A stretch of DNA of 64,000 bases from Candidatus Omnitrophota bacterium. Its GTDB lineage: Bacteria; Omnitrophota; Gorgyraeia; Gygaellales; Profunditerraquicolaceae. Below, in pieces: positions 36,783-47,279 of the stretch. The stretch lies in assembly GCA_025453395.1 (NCBI GenBank), contig JALOQK010000003.1, positions 82,711 through 146,710 on the forward strand, in the 5' to 3' direction. Within the stretch, counting starts at the first letter, position 1, and the number at the start of each line of letters is the position of its first letter. A program made the position numbers and the translations under genes. The notes under the pieces are model-generated. The model ran no database searches and was not told where the DNA came from. It saw nothing but the letters and a program-made list of their open reading frames with translations.

Positions 36783-38211
36783 GATAACTTTTCTGGCTGT
36801 GCTTATTATTATTTTCTCCGCGGCGTGTGTTTATCTTAATTCACTCTCCGGAGATTTTGTTTGGGACGATTGTCTTCTCATCCGCGATAACGATTCTATT
36901 AACAGCTGGAACATAAAATCAATTTTTTTCGCCGACAGGAATACGTTAAGCCCCGGCATGTATGTCAGTTACCGTCCGCTAGAATCCCTAAGCTATTTAT
37001 TTTCCTATAAACTATGGCAGCTTAATCCAGGAGGTTACCATTTTGTAAGCTTGGTTTTGCATATTTTGGTCGGGGTTTTTATTTTTTTGTTCGTAGGCTT
37101 AGTTTTTTCAGACTACCTGCTTTCTTTTCTGGCGGCCCTATTCTTTGTTGTTCATCCGGCGCATACTGAATCGGTTTCATACATAAGCGCCCGCGCAGAA
37201 CCTTTGGCCTTTTTGTTTATCCTTTTGAGCTTTATATTCTATCTTTCCTGCCGCAAGCGCAATTCAGCTTTTGTTTATGCGGGGATATTTATTTTATCTT
37301 CGCTGGCTTTTTTATCCAAGGAAAGCGCTCTTATCCTGCCGGTATTAGTTATTTTATGGCACCTGGTTTTCAAAGAGTCAATTAAGCCTATTAAGATATT
37401 GCTTATGTTTCTAGCTGGCGCCATATTTATCTTTATCAGACAAAAAGCAACAGGCAGCTTTTTACCATCGGGCACAAGCCTTGCAGTTGTTCTTGAGAGG
37501 ATCCCGGGATTCTTTTCTGCCTTCTCAGGGTATATAAGGATTTTATTCTTTCCCAAAGATCTGCATATGGAATATGGAATAGCGCATTTTAGCATATTAA
37601 GCTATGAGGCGCTTTTGGGTCTGGCAGAATTTATCTTTCTGATTTTTATTATGTACAAATACCGTTGGAATAAGATAATATTTTTCTGCTTGGGATGGTT
37701 TATGTGTGCGCTTATTCCGGTGGCGAATATCATTCCTTTTAATGCAACTTATTACATGGCCGAACACTGGCTGTATGTGCCGTCCTTAGGATTTTTTATT
37801 TTGCTGGCCTACTGTATATGCCGGCTTAAAACAAATTATAGAATTTTGGCTTTGAGCGCGGCATTAATCGTTTTTTGTGTTAGCGCGTATTTGACGTTTA
37901 AGCAAAATACTTACTGGAAAGATGAAATATTTTTTTACAACACCACCCTAAAATATAACCCGCAAAGCGCGCGGGTCTGGTATAATTTAGGCAATAGTTA
38001 TTCGTCCAGGGATGATTATAAAAATGCTGTTCAGGCGTATCAGCAGGCAATACGCCTGAAGCCAGATTATACGCAAGCCTGCTATAACCTGGCGTTGGTT
38101 TACTATTGGCAGAAGGAATTTTCTTTAGCCAAAAAATATTTTCTGGAGGCTAAAAAACTAGGGCATTTAGGAAGAATAGATTCTTTGTTGCAAGGGTATA
38201 AGGCAAAATGA
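36769..38211 (+). CDS. TMTC-like GT-C protein glycosyltransferase with C-terminal TPRs
   Basis: FVWDD, YRPL, FVVHP.HTESV.YIS.R, LSKE, AEHWLYVPS, W.D....Y, two TPR motifs. Confidence 0.82.
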   Translation: MPANKITFLAVLIIIFSAACVYLNSLSGDFVWDDCLLIRDNDSINSWNIKSIFFADRNTLSPGMYVSYRPLESLSYLFSYKLWQLNPGGYHFVSLVLHILVGVFIFLFVGLVFSDYLLSFLAALFFVVHPAHTESVSYISARAEPLAFLFILLSFIFYLSCRKRNSAFVYAGIFILSSLAFLSKESALILPVLVILWHLVFKESIKPIKILLMFLAGAIFIFIRQKATGSFLPSGTSLAVVLERIPGFFSAFSGYIRILFFPKDLHMEYGIAHFSILSYEALLGLAEFIFLIFIMYKYRWNKIIFFCLGWFMCALIPVANIIPFNATYYMAEHWLYVPSLGFFILLAYCICRLKTNYRILALSAALIVFCVSAYLTFKQNTYWKDEIFFYNTTLKYNPQSARVWYNLGNSYSSRDDYKNAVQAYQQAIRLKPDYTQACYNLALVYYWQKEFSLAKKYFLEAKKLGHLGRIDSLLQGYKAK

Positions 38212-38930
38212 AAAAATTAATCGCCTGTTTATTTCTAACATTTGTTTTCTGCGGTATAGGTTTTTGCGGTTCTGTCATCCAGATTATTCAGGACTCCATG
38301 CCTGCGATGGTGATTTTGGAGTCTTATAATGTGCAGATTGTTCAGGGCCAGGACACTTATGTTAAGGATGGCCCCATGCTTGCGGTAGTCAAGCCAGTAG
38401 GTATTTCACAATATACAAGAAAAGGGGGAGGGGTGATAGTTGATCCTTCGGGGCTTATTGTGGCTAACAGCCATACCACCCAGCAGGCAGGACGCGTAAA
38501 GGTTGTTTTGGCGGATAACACCGAATATCAGGCAGAGATTTTGGTTTTCTCTCCAGATGATGATTTGGCAATCTTACGCATTAAGCCGGATGCGCCGTTA
38601 AAGTATATAACTCTTGCAGACATAAACAAGATTAAGTTAGGGGATCCGGTTTACAATGTGGGCAGATCTGATATTTTAAAGGATTCCATAAGCGAAGGCA
38701 AGATTATCGGCATCGGGACAAAGACTGACCCGGCAGATAAAAGCGTCTCCACCCAGATGCTAAAAATAGATTTTAATGTTTATCAGGGCGACAGCGGCGG
38801 CCCGGTGCTTAATAAGGACGGAGAGCTTCTGGGCCTTATTTTGGGCGGGTCAGTTACTTCCGGCAGATTAGCCTTGGCAGTTCCCTCTAACAAAATCAAA
38901 AAGTATCTCGATGATGCGCTTTCCAGGTGA
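38208..38930 (+). CDS. Secreted trypsin-like (S1C) serine protease without PDZ
   Basis: Signal peptide; triad ANSH / DDLA / GDSGGP. Confidence 0.85.
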   Translation: MKKLIACLFLTFVFCGIGFCGSVIQIIQDSMPAMVILESYNVQIVQGQDTYVKDGPMLAVVKPVGISQYTRKGGGVIVDPSGLIVANSHTTQQAGRVKVVLADNTEYQAEILVFSPDDDLAILRIKPDAPLKYITLADINKIKLGDPVYNVGRSDILKDSISEGKIIGIGTKTDPADKSVSTQMLKIDFNVYQGDSGGPVLNKDGELLGLILGGSVTSGRLALAVPSNKIKKYLDDALSR

Positions 38931-38986
38931 GTAGGTTATTTTGGCCTTGCTGCCGCGCAGATTCATAGGTATAATAAATCCCACTT

Positions 38987-40366
38987 ATGGCTAAATATAT
39001 AAAATTCATACCCACATTTCTATTTTTGATCTTTTTTGCTGCATTGGCGTTGGCTCAAACCCCATCAGGATTCCCGGAAATATCTTTTTCTCCAGAAGAC
39101 AGGGTACTTATCCTGGCTCCTCACCCCGACGATGAGACCATAGCTTGCGCCGGAGTAATCCAAAGGGCGCGCAGTATGAATATACCGGTAGAGGTAGTGC
39201 TTTTTACCGCAGGCGACAACAATCAATGGTCTTTTCTTGTTTACCGCAAGCATCCGGTTTTTTTCCCCAAGGCAGTTCAGAATCTTGGGCTGCTGCGTTA
39301 TGCGGAGTCAATTGTCTCAGGGGCCTTTTTGGGAATCCCCGAAGAAAATATTATTCTTCTGGGCTATCCGGATTTTAAAACCCTGAATATCTGGTATGCT
39401 AATTGGGGAGACAATCCTCCTGTAAAAAGCCTCTTGACCAATGTGCGCGCGGTGCCCTATAAAAATGCTTTTCGTCCCGGGGCCGCCTATAAAGGCGATG
39501 ATATATTGCGTGATTTAAAAACCATCATCAGAGAGTTTAAGCCTACCAAAATATTTGTCTCTCATCCCGCAGACCATAATCCCGACCACCGTTCGCTGTA
39601 TCTATTTTGCCGGGTTGCTCTCTGGGACCTGGAGGGTGAGGTTGCCCCGCAAGTTTTTCCGTATTTGGTGCATTTTAAGAATTGGCCTAAGCCCTCGGCA
39701 TATCGTCCGGAAATGAAAATAATTCCGCCGGCCTTCTTTAAAAATAATGTCAATTGGCAGGAATTAGCATTGACTGCCGAGCAGATAAAGAATAAAACCT
39801 CGGCCGTAGAAAAACACAATTCTCAATATAAATCCAGCAAGAATTACCTTCTTTCTTTTGTCAGGAGCAATGAATTATTCGGGGACTATCCGGTTTTGAA
39901 ATTGCGCAGTTCCTCAGCTAATGAGGATTTTTTAATTTCAGAGGCAGGCGAAGAAATTGAAATACCCGAACAACTTGAAAATAAGGAGAGAGTTTCTTTT
40001 GTGGGGCTTCAATCCAGCTCTGTGCACGTAGAGAAAGATCAGCTTGTGATAAAGCTTGAATTTTCCAGGCCCCTAGGCAGGCAGACAGCGGCGTCTTTGC
40101 ACGTTTTTGGTTACCGGCATGACCGCGAGTTTAGCCAGATGCCCAAGATTCACGTCAAATACGGGATGCTTTGGTATAAAATATTTGATCAAACCAGGCA
40201 ATTAAGATCTAAAATATTTAAGGTAGTGCGTAAAAATAAGCAAACAACAGTCTATATTCCCCTAAAGGTCCTGGGGGATCCGGAAAAAATCCTCATTGGT
40301 TCACACACCTATCTTGGTGCGGTTCCCCTTGACTGGGTGGCCTGGCGCGCGGTAGAGATTAATTAA
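38987..40366 (+). CDS. Secreted PIG-L/LmbE-family deacetylase
   Basis: Signal peptide, APHPDDE, LGYPD, HPADHNPDH; upstream TTGCTG-17-TATAAT (38947-75). Confidence 0.85.
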   Translation: MAKYIKFIPTFLFLIFFAALALAQTPSGFPEISFSPEDRVLILAPHPDDETIACAGVIQRARSMNIPVEVVLFTAGDNNQWSFLVYRKHPVFFPKAVQNLGLLRYAESIVSGAFLGIPEENIILLGYPDFKTLNIWYANWGDNPPVKSLLTNVRAVPYKNAFRPGAAYKGDDILRDLKTIIREFKPTKIFVSHPADHNPDHRSLYLFCRVALWDLEGEVAPQVFPYLVHFKNWPKPSAYRPEMKIIPPAFFKNNVNWQELALTAEQIKNKTSAVEKHNSQYKSSKNYLLSFVRSNELFGDYPVLKLRSSSANEDFLISEAGEEIEIPEQLENKERVSFVGLQSSSVHVEKDQLVIKLEFSRPLGRQTAASLHVFGYRHDREFSQMPKIHVKYGMLWYKIFDQTRQLRSKIFKVVRKNKQTTVYIPLKVLGDPEKILIGSHTYLGAVPLDWVAWRAVEIN

Positions 40367-41889
40367 AAATTTCTGTCCAAGCAGCGATATTGTACCGCTT
40401 CTGAGAGGTGTTCGGTTTTTATATCTTCTGATCCTGCCAAGTCCGCAATCGTCCTTGAAACCTTCAAGATTTTATCATAGGCTCGGGCGCTGAAATTAAG
40501 CTCTGTAATGGCTGATTTGAGTAATTCATTTTCATCTTTTCCTAAAAAACAAAATTTTCTTACCTGTTTGTGGTTCATTTGGGCGTTGTGAAAAATATTT
40601 TCATTTTGAAAACGCCCAAGCTGTATGCTGCGGGCTTTATTGATTCGTTTTTTAATGTCTGCTGAACTTTCTGCCGGCAGGCTACTTGAAAATTCCTGAT
40701 ATCTGGCAGCAGGCACATCTATATGAATATCAATTCTGTCTAAAAGCGGCCCCGAAATTCTTCCGATATAATTTTGGACTTTGCTGGTTCCGCAGCGGCA
40801 GACTTTTTTGGGATGGGTCAGATACCCGCACGGGCAAGGGTTCATTGCTGCCACAAGCATAAATGAGGCCGGGAAGGTAAAAAATTTGTTTGCCCGGGAA
40901 ATACGGATGATGCGCTCTTCAAGCGGCTGGCGCAGTGCCTCAAGGCAGTCGCGGTGAAATTCCGGAAGCTCATCAAGAAATAATACGCCTTGATGCGCTA
41001 AGCTTATTTCTCCGGGCCGGATAGAAGAGCCTCCTCCAACTAAAGCGATATTGGAGGCGGTATGATGCGGGTTTCTAAAGGGCCGCCTTCCGATGAATCC
41101 CTCTTCAGAATCGATCATGCCGGCCACAGAATGGATTTTAGTTACTTCAAGCGCCTCTTGCAGTGTTAGCTGCGGCATAATGCCGGGGATGCGCCCGGCA
41201 AGCATGGATTTGCCGCTTCCCGGGGGGCCGATCATCAGGATATTATGCCCTCCGGCAACCGCCACTTCAATGGCGCGTTTGGCCAGAAACTGTCCTTTGA
41301 CTTCAGAAAAATCCAGAGGGTAAACCGCGCCTTGTTTAAAAATGCCGCAGGTGTCTAATTTATACGGTAACCTAAATTCAGGGTTATGTAAAAGCTCTAT
41401 AGCCTCACACAGGGTGCTTACCGGCAGGGCATTTATCTGTTCTACTAGCGCAGCCTCTTTGGCATTAGCAATAGGAAGGACTAATTTGTATATCTTTCTG
41501 TTTGGCATGGCCATGGCTATGGGAAGCGCCCCGGAAATTCTTCTTAATGCGCCCTCAAGCGACAACTCTCCTAAGAAGCAGAATTCTTCCAGATATTTTG
41601 TATTTATTTGGGCGCTTGAGCCTAAGATTCCGATGGCAATCGCCAGGTCAAAATAAGAACCTTCTTTGCGTATATCAGAGGGAGCCAGGTTCACCGTGAT
41701 TTTTTCTGACGGCCACTTGTAACCGGAGTTTTTAATCGCTGCTTTTACCCTTTCCTTGCTTTCTTTGACTGCGGTGTCTGCCAGGCCAATAATGTTAGTG
41801 AAGGGCAGCCCCCTTGTAACATCTACTTCTATTTCAACAGGATATGCTTCTGTGGCAAAAAGCCCCCAGCCGCAAACTTTAGTTAACAT
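40363..41889 (-). CDS. comM: YifB/ComM Mg-chelatase-like AAA+ ATPase
   Basis: VKESKERV, VNLAP, GELSLEG, GPPGSGKSMLA, RPFRNPHH, LFLDE, NPCPCG, SGPLLDRID, SARA. Confidence 0.92.
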   Translation of the reverse strand: MLTKVCGWGLFATEAYPVEIEVDVTRGLPFTNIIGLADTAVKESKERVKAAIKNSGYKWPSEKITVNLAPSDIRKEGSYFDLAIAIGILGSSAQINTKYLEEFCFLGELSLEGALRRISGALPIAMAMPNRKIYKLVLPIANAKEAALVEQINALPVSTLCEAIELLHNPEFRLPYKLDTCGIFKQGAVYPLDFSEVKGQFLAKRAIEVAVAGGHNILMIGPPGSGKSMLAGRIPGIMPQLTLQEALEVTKIHSVAGMIDSEEGFIGRRPFRNPHHTASNIALVGGGSSIRPGEISLAHQGVLFLDELPEFHRDCLEALRQPLEERIIRISRANKFFTFPASFMLVAAMNPCPCGYLTHPKKVCRCGTSKVQNYIGRISGPLLDRIDIHIDVPAARYQEFSSSLPAESSADIKKRINKARSIQLGRFQNENIFHNAQMNHKQVRKFCFLGKDENELLKSAITELNFSARAYDKILKVSRTIADLAGSEDIKTEHLSEAVQYRCLDRNF

Positions 41890-41950
41890 ATAATTCTCCT
41901 TTCTTATTTAATAGACGCATAAAGGGGGACAAATCTTACAAGAAAAACAC

Positions 41951-41979
41951 TTGCTTTTTAGGTGGCCGTTTTATATAAT
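41951..41979 (+). promoter_or_regulatory. Sigma70-type promoter
   Basis: TTGCTT, 17 bp, TATAAT. Confidence 0.6.
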
Positions 41980-42030
41980 AATACAACTATTAATTGATAG
42001 TATAAGCAGGGTAAATCCAGAGGAGAAAAT

Positions 42031-42669
42031 ATGGGCGGCCCTTTTAGCTTTAAGAAGTTGGTAGTTATTCTATCAGTAACTATCGCTGCTTTCACAAGTT
42101 ACAAATATTTTTCCTCTTTGAAAGAACATTATGGGCTGGTTGAGGAATTAGACACCATGCACCAGGAGCTTTCCGGCTTAAGCAGCGATAAAAACAAGGC
42201 CTTAAAAAAGATAGAAGATCAAAATCAGGCATTGCAGGATTTAAAAACTCAAAATCAGGGTTTAGCTGAAGATTTAAAAATTGCGCAGGATAATTTATCC
42301 CAAGCAAATGACGAGCTTTCCCAGGCTAAGGATAGTTTAGGCAAAACCGAAGCGCGTGCCGCAGGCCTAGAGCAGGAAAATACGCAGTTAAAAGCTGATA
42401 ATCAGAAATTAAAAGTTGACGCTGACAATCTGGCCCAAGAGAACGCCTCATTAAAAGTTAAATTAAGCTCGGTTCAGGAATTAAAAAAGGCAATCCGTGA
42501 GCTTAAGCTGCAGGCGCGTCAGGTTGGAAAAGCGATCATGGCTAAGGCGGTTGAGCCATCTTTAGGAGCAACAGTTGCTGAAGGTAATCGAGGGTTTGTA
42601 ATCAAGGAAGGCAAGTCCACATATTCCGCCCAAGTTAATATTCAGGTCGTTCCTGCCAGCGGGCAATAA
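42031..42669 (+). CDS. Membrane-anchored coiled-coil hypothetical protein
   Basis: N-terminal TM, long heptad pattern, C-terminal GNRGFVIK.G motif; SD GAGGAG. Confidence 0.7.
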   Translation: MGGPFSFKKLVVILSVTIAAFTSYKYFSSLKEHYGLVEELDTMHQELSGLSSDKNKALKKIEDQNQALQDLKTQNQGLAEDLKIAQDNLSQANDELSQAKDSLGKTEARAAGLEQENTQLKADNQKLKVDADNLAQENASLKVKLSSVQELKKAIRELKLQARQVGKAIMAKAVEPSLGATVAEGNRGFVIKEGKSTYSAQVNIQVVPASGQ

Positions 42670-42674
42670 CACAG

Positions 42675-43121
42675 ATGAAAGACATTTTTTTTCAGATATC
42701 GCACAATAAAATTTTCCTAAATACGCTTCTTACCTGGATTATAGCGCAGACTATAAAAGTTTTAATCGGGGTAGCGCGTTATAAGAAAATAGATTTCCGC
42801 TGGTTTGTCGGTACAGGGGGCATGCCTTCAAGCCACGCGGCAGGGGCCTCTTGTCTGGCGACAAGCGTAGGTTTAAATTGCGGTTTTGACAGCGCGTATT
42901 TTGCTTTGGCAGCAGCCTTCGCGCTTGTGGTCATGTTTGATGCCCAAGGGGTGCGCCGTTCCAGCGGTAAACAGGCGCGGATACTTAATTTCATCATGGA
43001 AGATATATACTGGAAAGGCAAGATCAACGAAGGGCGTTTGCGCGAACTTATCGGGCACACTCCGGTTGAGGTTATAGCGGGATTTCTATTAGGCGTGCTA
43101 ATAGGTTACTGGGCTAATTAA
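42675..43121 (+). CDS. Divergent PAP2 (DUF212) family protein
   Basis: AQ.IK, GGMPSSH, VMFDAQGVRR, LIGHTP.EV..G. Confidence 0.92.
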   Translation: MKDIFFQISHNKIFLNTLLTWIIAQTIKVLIGVARYKKIDFRWFVGTGGMPSSHAAGASCLATSVGLNCGFDSAYFALAAAFALVVMFDAQGVRRSSGKQARILNFIMEDIYWKGKINEGRLRELIGHTPVEVIAGFLLGVLIGYWAN

Positions 43122-43133
43122 AGGGGGCACAGG

Positions 43134-43940
43134 GTGAAGAAAATTATCACTTTAGCGGTTATTATTTTAATTGTAGCAGCGTCGGGATTGCTTATTTTCA
43201 AGATCGCCTCGCGCGCGCAAGCAAAACAATGCGCGGCAGGTTCCCTGTCGGATTTATTGGCCAAGGCCAAACAGGCTGAAGCATCACGGGATTATCTGGC
43301 GGCCAAGGATGCCTACCAAAAAATAATTGAAGGTTTTCCTTCCTCGCGGGACCTAATCCTATGGCAGAAGAAACTGGAAGAATTAAGCATCAAGATTATT
43401 GTTTCTGATATCTCTGTGCCGCAGTCCGTTGTTTATGAAGTAAAATCCGGGGATACCCTTGTAAAGATCGCGCGTGATTTTAAGACAACCGTAGAGTTAA
43501 TAAAGAAAAGCAATAATTTAAGCACCGACAAAATCGTTTTGGGCCAGAAATTAAGGGTTTGGAACTCCGCGTTTAATATCTTAGTTGATAAGTCTCAAAA
43601 CCTGCTTACTTTGCAGAATATGAATGAGGTGGTTAAGACATACACTGTGTCAACCGGGGCGAATAATTGTACGCCTGTGGGCACGTTTAAGATTGTTAAT
43701 AAAATAGTTGATCCGACTTGGTATAAAGCTGGGGCAGTGGTTGCTTCAGGGGCCCCCGAAAATATATTAGGCACGCGCTGGATGGGGCTTGATCTTAAAA
43801 GCTATGGAATCCATGGCACCACAGAGCCTAAGAATTTAGGCAAGCAGGTGACTGCTGGCTGTGTGCGCATGGCCAATCCCGAAGTAGAAGAGCTTTACAC
43901 GATTGTTCCGGTTGGGACAGAAGTAACTATCGTAGATTAA
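43134..43940 (+). CDS. LysM + L,D-transpeptidase (YkuD)
   Basis: [12 protein letters not shown] (LysM), TP.G.F.I, YGIHGT, TAGCVRM. Confidence 0.9.
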   Translation: MKKIITLAVIILIVAASGLLIFKIASRAQAKQCAAGSLSDLLAKAKQAEASRDYLAAKDAYQKIIEGFPSSRDLILWQKKLEELSIKIIVSDISVPQSVVYEVKSGDTLVKIARDFKTTVELIKKSNNLSTDKIVLGQKLRVWNSAFNILVDKSQNLLTLQNMNEVVKTYTVSTGANNCTPVGTFKIVNKIVDPTWYKAGAVVASGAPENILGTRWMGLDLKSYGIHGTTEPKNLGKQVTAGCVRMANPEVEELYTIVPVGTEVTIVD

Positions 43941-43952
43941 GAACGAGGATAA

Positions 43953-43989
43953 ACTTTTTACTTTTAACTTTTTACTTTTAACTTTGACT
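43953..43989 (+). repeat. ACTTTTW 7-nt repeat between the SD and ATG of accA
   Basis: acttttt actttta acttttt actttta actttg act ATG. Confidence 0.85.
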
Positions 43990-44937
43990 ATGGCAGGACT
44001 TGATTTTGAGAAACCAATTTTAGAGCTCGAGAAGAAAATTCATGAATTAACGCATTTTGCTTCGGATAAGAAGATCGATATCTCAAGCGAAGTCAAGAAA
44101 CTACAGGAGAAGCTTGAGGATTTAAAGAAACATACCTATACAAGCCTGACGCCTTGGCAGAGAGTTCAGATCGCCCGCCACCCCCAAAGGCCGTATACTT
44201 TAGATTATATCAGTATGATTGCCACGGATTTCTTAGAGCTGCATGGCGATCGCACATTTTCCGACGATATGGCTATTGTGTCGGGGGTTGCTAAAATAGA
44301 TAATCAAAAAGTAGTGATTATGGGTCATCAAAAAGGAAGAGACACAAAAGAAAATTTGCTGCGTAATTTTGGCTGTGCCCATCCCGAAGGGTACAGGAAG
44401 GCCTTGAGGATGATGCAATTAGCTGAAAAGTTTGGCCTGCCGGTTGTGATCTTTATTGATACCCCGGGCGCTTATCCGGGTATAGGCGCGGAAGAGAGGG
44501 GCCAGGCGCAGGCGATCGCGGTTAATTTAAAAGAAATGACTGTTATCGGCTCCCCCATAATTTCTATTGTTATTGGAGAAGGCGGTTCAGGCGGGGCCCT
44601 TGGCATTGGAGTAGCGGATAAAGTTTGTGTTTTGGAAAATTCTTATTATTCGGTTATTTCTCCTGAAGGCTGCGCCGCTATATTATGGAAAAGCGGCACT
44701 AAAGCCCCGCAGGCGGCAGAGGTATTGAAATTAACCGCGCAGGACCTTTTAGGCTTTGGAATTATAGACCAGATAATCTCAGAGCCGTTGGGAGGGGCGC
44801 ATCGTGATCCCCAAAAAACCGCCCAAAATATCAAAGAGGTTATCGTAAAGGCCTTAAAGGATTTCAAATCCCATTCTATGCAAGAACTTCTGGAAGCAAG
44901 ATATAGAAAATTCCGCACTATCGGCGCCTTGGCATGA
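43990..44937 (+). CDS. accA: Acetyl-CoA carboxylase carboxyltransferase alpha subunit
   Basis: [50 protein letters not shown]. Confidence 0.97.
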   Translation: MAGLDFEKPILELEKKIHELTHFASDKKIDISSEVKKLQEKLEDLKKHTYTSLTPWQRVQIARHPQRPYTLDYISMIATDFLELHGDRTFSDDMAIVSGVAKIDNQKVVIMGHQKGRDTKENLLRNFGCAHPEGYRKALRMMQLAEKFGLPVVIFIDTPGAYPGIGAEERGQAQAIAVNLKEMTVIGSPIISIVIGEGGSGGALGIGVADKVCVLENSYYSVISPEGCAAILWKSGTKAPQAAEVLKLTAQDLLGFGIIDQIISEPLGGAHRDPQKTAQNIKEVIVKALKDFKSHSMQELLEARYRKFRTIGALA

Positions 44938-45452
44938 TTGAAAATGAAATGATCCTTCTGGGGCTTTTAAAAGAAAGCCCAAAGCACGGCTATGAAATTA
45001 AGAAAGCAGTCAAAGAGATCCTTTCTTTGGTTGCCGGGATTCATTTTAAATCCATATATTATCCCTTAATGGTCCTAGAGAAAAATGGCCTTATTTCCAG
45101 GCGCGCAAGCAAGAAAGGCAATAGGCCTCTAAGGGTGGTTTATGAGCTTACCTCTAAGGGGCATGCCCGTTTTGAACAGCTTCTTTCACAAAGCTTCTTA
45201 AGACTGCAGAGGCCGAAATTCAGCCTTGATACCAGCCTGTTTTTTCTGCAATATCTGGATCCCGCATTAGCTAAGCGCAGCCTCAAGGTGCGCATGCGTA
45301 TCTTGGACAGGCTTCAGTATGATCTAAAAAAGATGATCTCTTCTTTGGGGCAGGATATTCCATCTTCATGGGCGCATATTCTTGAGCATAATCTGCAGAT
45401 GCTTCAGGCAGAATCAAGATTCCTCTCCGGGCTTATCCAGTCTCTTGCCTAA
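44934..45452 (+). CDS. PadR-family transcriptional regulator
   Basis: LLGLL..SP.HGYEI, SIY..L..LE..G, VY.LT.KG. Confidence 0.88.
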   Translation: MIENEMILLGLLKESPKHGYEIKKAVKEILSLVAGIHFKSIYYPLMVLEKNGLISRRASKKGNRPLRVVYELTSKGHARFEQLLSQSFLRLQRPKFSLDTSLFFLQYLDPALAKRSLKVRMRILDRLQYDLKKMISSLGQDIPSSWAHILEHNLQMLQAESRFLSGLIQSLA

Positions 45453-45472
45453 AAGATTCTTAAATATCTTTC

Positions 45473-45501
45473 TTGACAAAGCGTGTTTCTTAAGATATGC
45501 T
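45473..45501 (+). promoter_or_regulatory. Promoter of the MarR-RND operon
   Basis: TTGACA, 17 bp, TATGCT; followed by TAGTTWA repeats (about 45507-45529) that may be the MarR site. Confidence 0.65.
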
Positions 45502-45547
45502 TTACTTAGTTTATAGTTAATATAGTTAAATATTAAGGAGATTAATA

Positions 45548-46003
45548 GTGCCCTTGCTTTCTGTCGATCAGTTTGCCGCCCGGATGTCTGAGGCGATACC
45601 GGTGATCATGAAGGAATTCGCCCGCAGGCACCTTGTGGACATCTGTCATGAGAAGATCACCCTGCCGCAGATGCTTATTTTAAATGCCCTGCATACCAGA
45701 GGCGAAGTCAAGATGAAGGATCTGGCGATATGTTTGCGGGTGAGCATGCCGGCCATGACCGGGATTATCAGCAGATTAGTGCGGGATAAATATTGTCAAA
45801 GGGTATACCAAGAACAAGACAGAAGGATTATTAAGGTAAGGCTTACTGCCAAGGGAGAAGCCTTTTTAGAAAAGGTTAACGCCGGACGCAAACAGATGAT
45901 CCTTAAGGTGTTTAGTAAAATATCAGATAAGGACAGGCAGGATTATCTGCGCATTATTACGCAGATAAAAGATATACTAATTAAGGGCCAAGATGAACAA
46001 TAA
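45548..46003 (+). CDS. MarR-family transcriptional regulator
   Basis: ITLPQ..IL, MKDLA, T..ISRL, DRR...V.LT.KG; GTG start after SD AAGGAG. Confidence 0.9.
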   Translation: MPLLSVDQFAARMSEAIPVIMKEFARRHLVDICHEKITLPQMLILNALHTRGEVKMKDLAICLRVSMPAMTGIISRLVRDKYCQRVYQEQDRRIIKVRLTAKGEAFLEKVNAGRKQMILKVFSKISDKDRQDYLRIITQIKDILIKGQDEQ

Positions 46004-47261
46004 ATTAATATGCGTATTTTTATTATTCCTGTTTATTCCCTGTTTCTTGCGGGCGGCAGAAGTTTCGCTTGATATCCAAGAGGCGGTGGGCTTAGCCTTA
46101 AGGCAAAACCGCGATATTGCTTTGCAGTCGCAGCAGGTAATGAAAGCCAAAGCAAAGATTAAAGAAGCGCAAGCGGGGCTTCTTCCTGCTTTAAGCGTAA
46201 GCCAGACTTTTATGCTTGTCAGAGGCGCGTATGGAAAAGATTTTTCAAATCTTACCGGCCAGGCTACGATTAAGCAGAAAATTTACACAGGCGGATTGGT
46301 TACTAATACCATTAAATACAACGGCATTGATTTTCAAATTCAAGAGGCGCTTTTAGATAAAGCCAATATGGATACTGCCTGGGCAGTGAAAAAGGCATTT
46401 TACGCTTTAGTTTTAAGCGCCAAATTAAAAACCTTAAACCAGAAGATTTTGGAAAATACTCAGAAGCATCTGGATTATCTTCAGGCCCGTTATCAGAATG
46501 GGCAGGCCTCTGAATCCGAGATTATAAAGTTAGAATCTTCTTTATCTGGCGTTAAGAAAGAGTACGAAGTGTCTTTGAATCAAGAAGAACAGGCCAGGCA
46601 TATATTAACTAATTTGCTGGTTATTTCAAGCGATGTTATAATAAAGCCGCAGGGCGATTTTGTTTATAACCCCCGTCAGGCGGCTTTTGACGAAGCGCTC
46701 TTGGAGGCGGTGAAAAACCGGCCCGAGGTGCGTCAATATCGGCTGGGGGAGAAAGCCGCCCAAGTTAATGTGGACCTTAATCGTGCCGGGAATAAGCCGA
46801 CTGTATATGCCTCTTGGGATTATTATAACAGCTCTCATGCTGCCGCGGGGACAAGCAAAAACTGGCAGGATTCCAATATTCTGGGGATCACATTTTCCTG
46901 GCCGATATTTGACGGCGGTTTGACTAAGGCCAAGATTGAAGAGGCATTGGTGGATTTAAAGAAGGCGCAGATACTCAAAGATAAAATAATAAGCGACATC
47001 GGCCTGGAATTAAAAGAGGCTTATCTTAATCTAAAAAGCTCTCTATGGCGGGTAGAGGCAGCAGATCAAGACGCGCGCGCTTATAAAGATAATCTTTCTG
47101 TGGTTAATGCGAAGTACAAGCAGGGTTTAGCCAGTACGCTTGATGAAGATGACGCGCTTTTGAAATACGAGATTGCGAATTTTAATTATGAGCAGGCAGT
47201 TTACGGTTATTTAACGGCAAGAGAAGATTTTAATAAGGCAACTGGATCTTCGGAAATATAG
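45993..47261 (+). CDS. TolC-family outer membrane efflux protein
   Basis: Signal peptide, AL..N, LLP.L, RPEV, WPIFDGG, Y..G. Confidence 0.88.
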   Translation: MNNKLICVFLLFLFIPCFLRAAEVSLDIQEAVGLALRQNRDIALQSQQVMKAKAKIKEAQAGLLPALSVSQTFMLVRGAYGKDFSNLTGQATIKQKIYTGGLVTNTIKYNGIDFQIQEALLDKANMDTAWAVKKAFYALVLSAKLKTLNQKILENTQKHLDYLQARYQNGQASESEIIKLESSLSGVKKEYEVSLNQEEQARHILTNLLVISSDVIIKPQGDFVYNPRQAAFDEALLEAVKNRPEVRQYRLGEKAAQVNVDLNRAGNKPTVYASWDYYNSSHAAAGTSKNWQDSNILGITFSWPIFDGGLTKAKIEEALVDLKKAQILKDKIISDIGLELKEAYLNLKSSLWRVEAADQDARAYKDNLSVVNAKYKQGLASTLDEDDALLKYEIANFNYEQAVYGYLTAREDFNKATGSSEI

Positions 47262-47279
47262 CTTTTTAGGAGAATAAAA

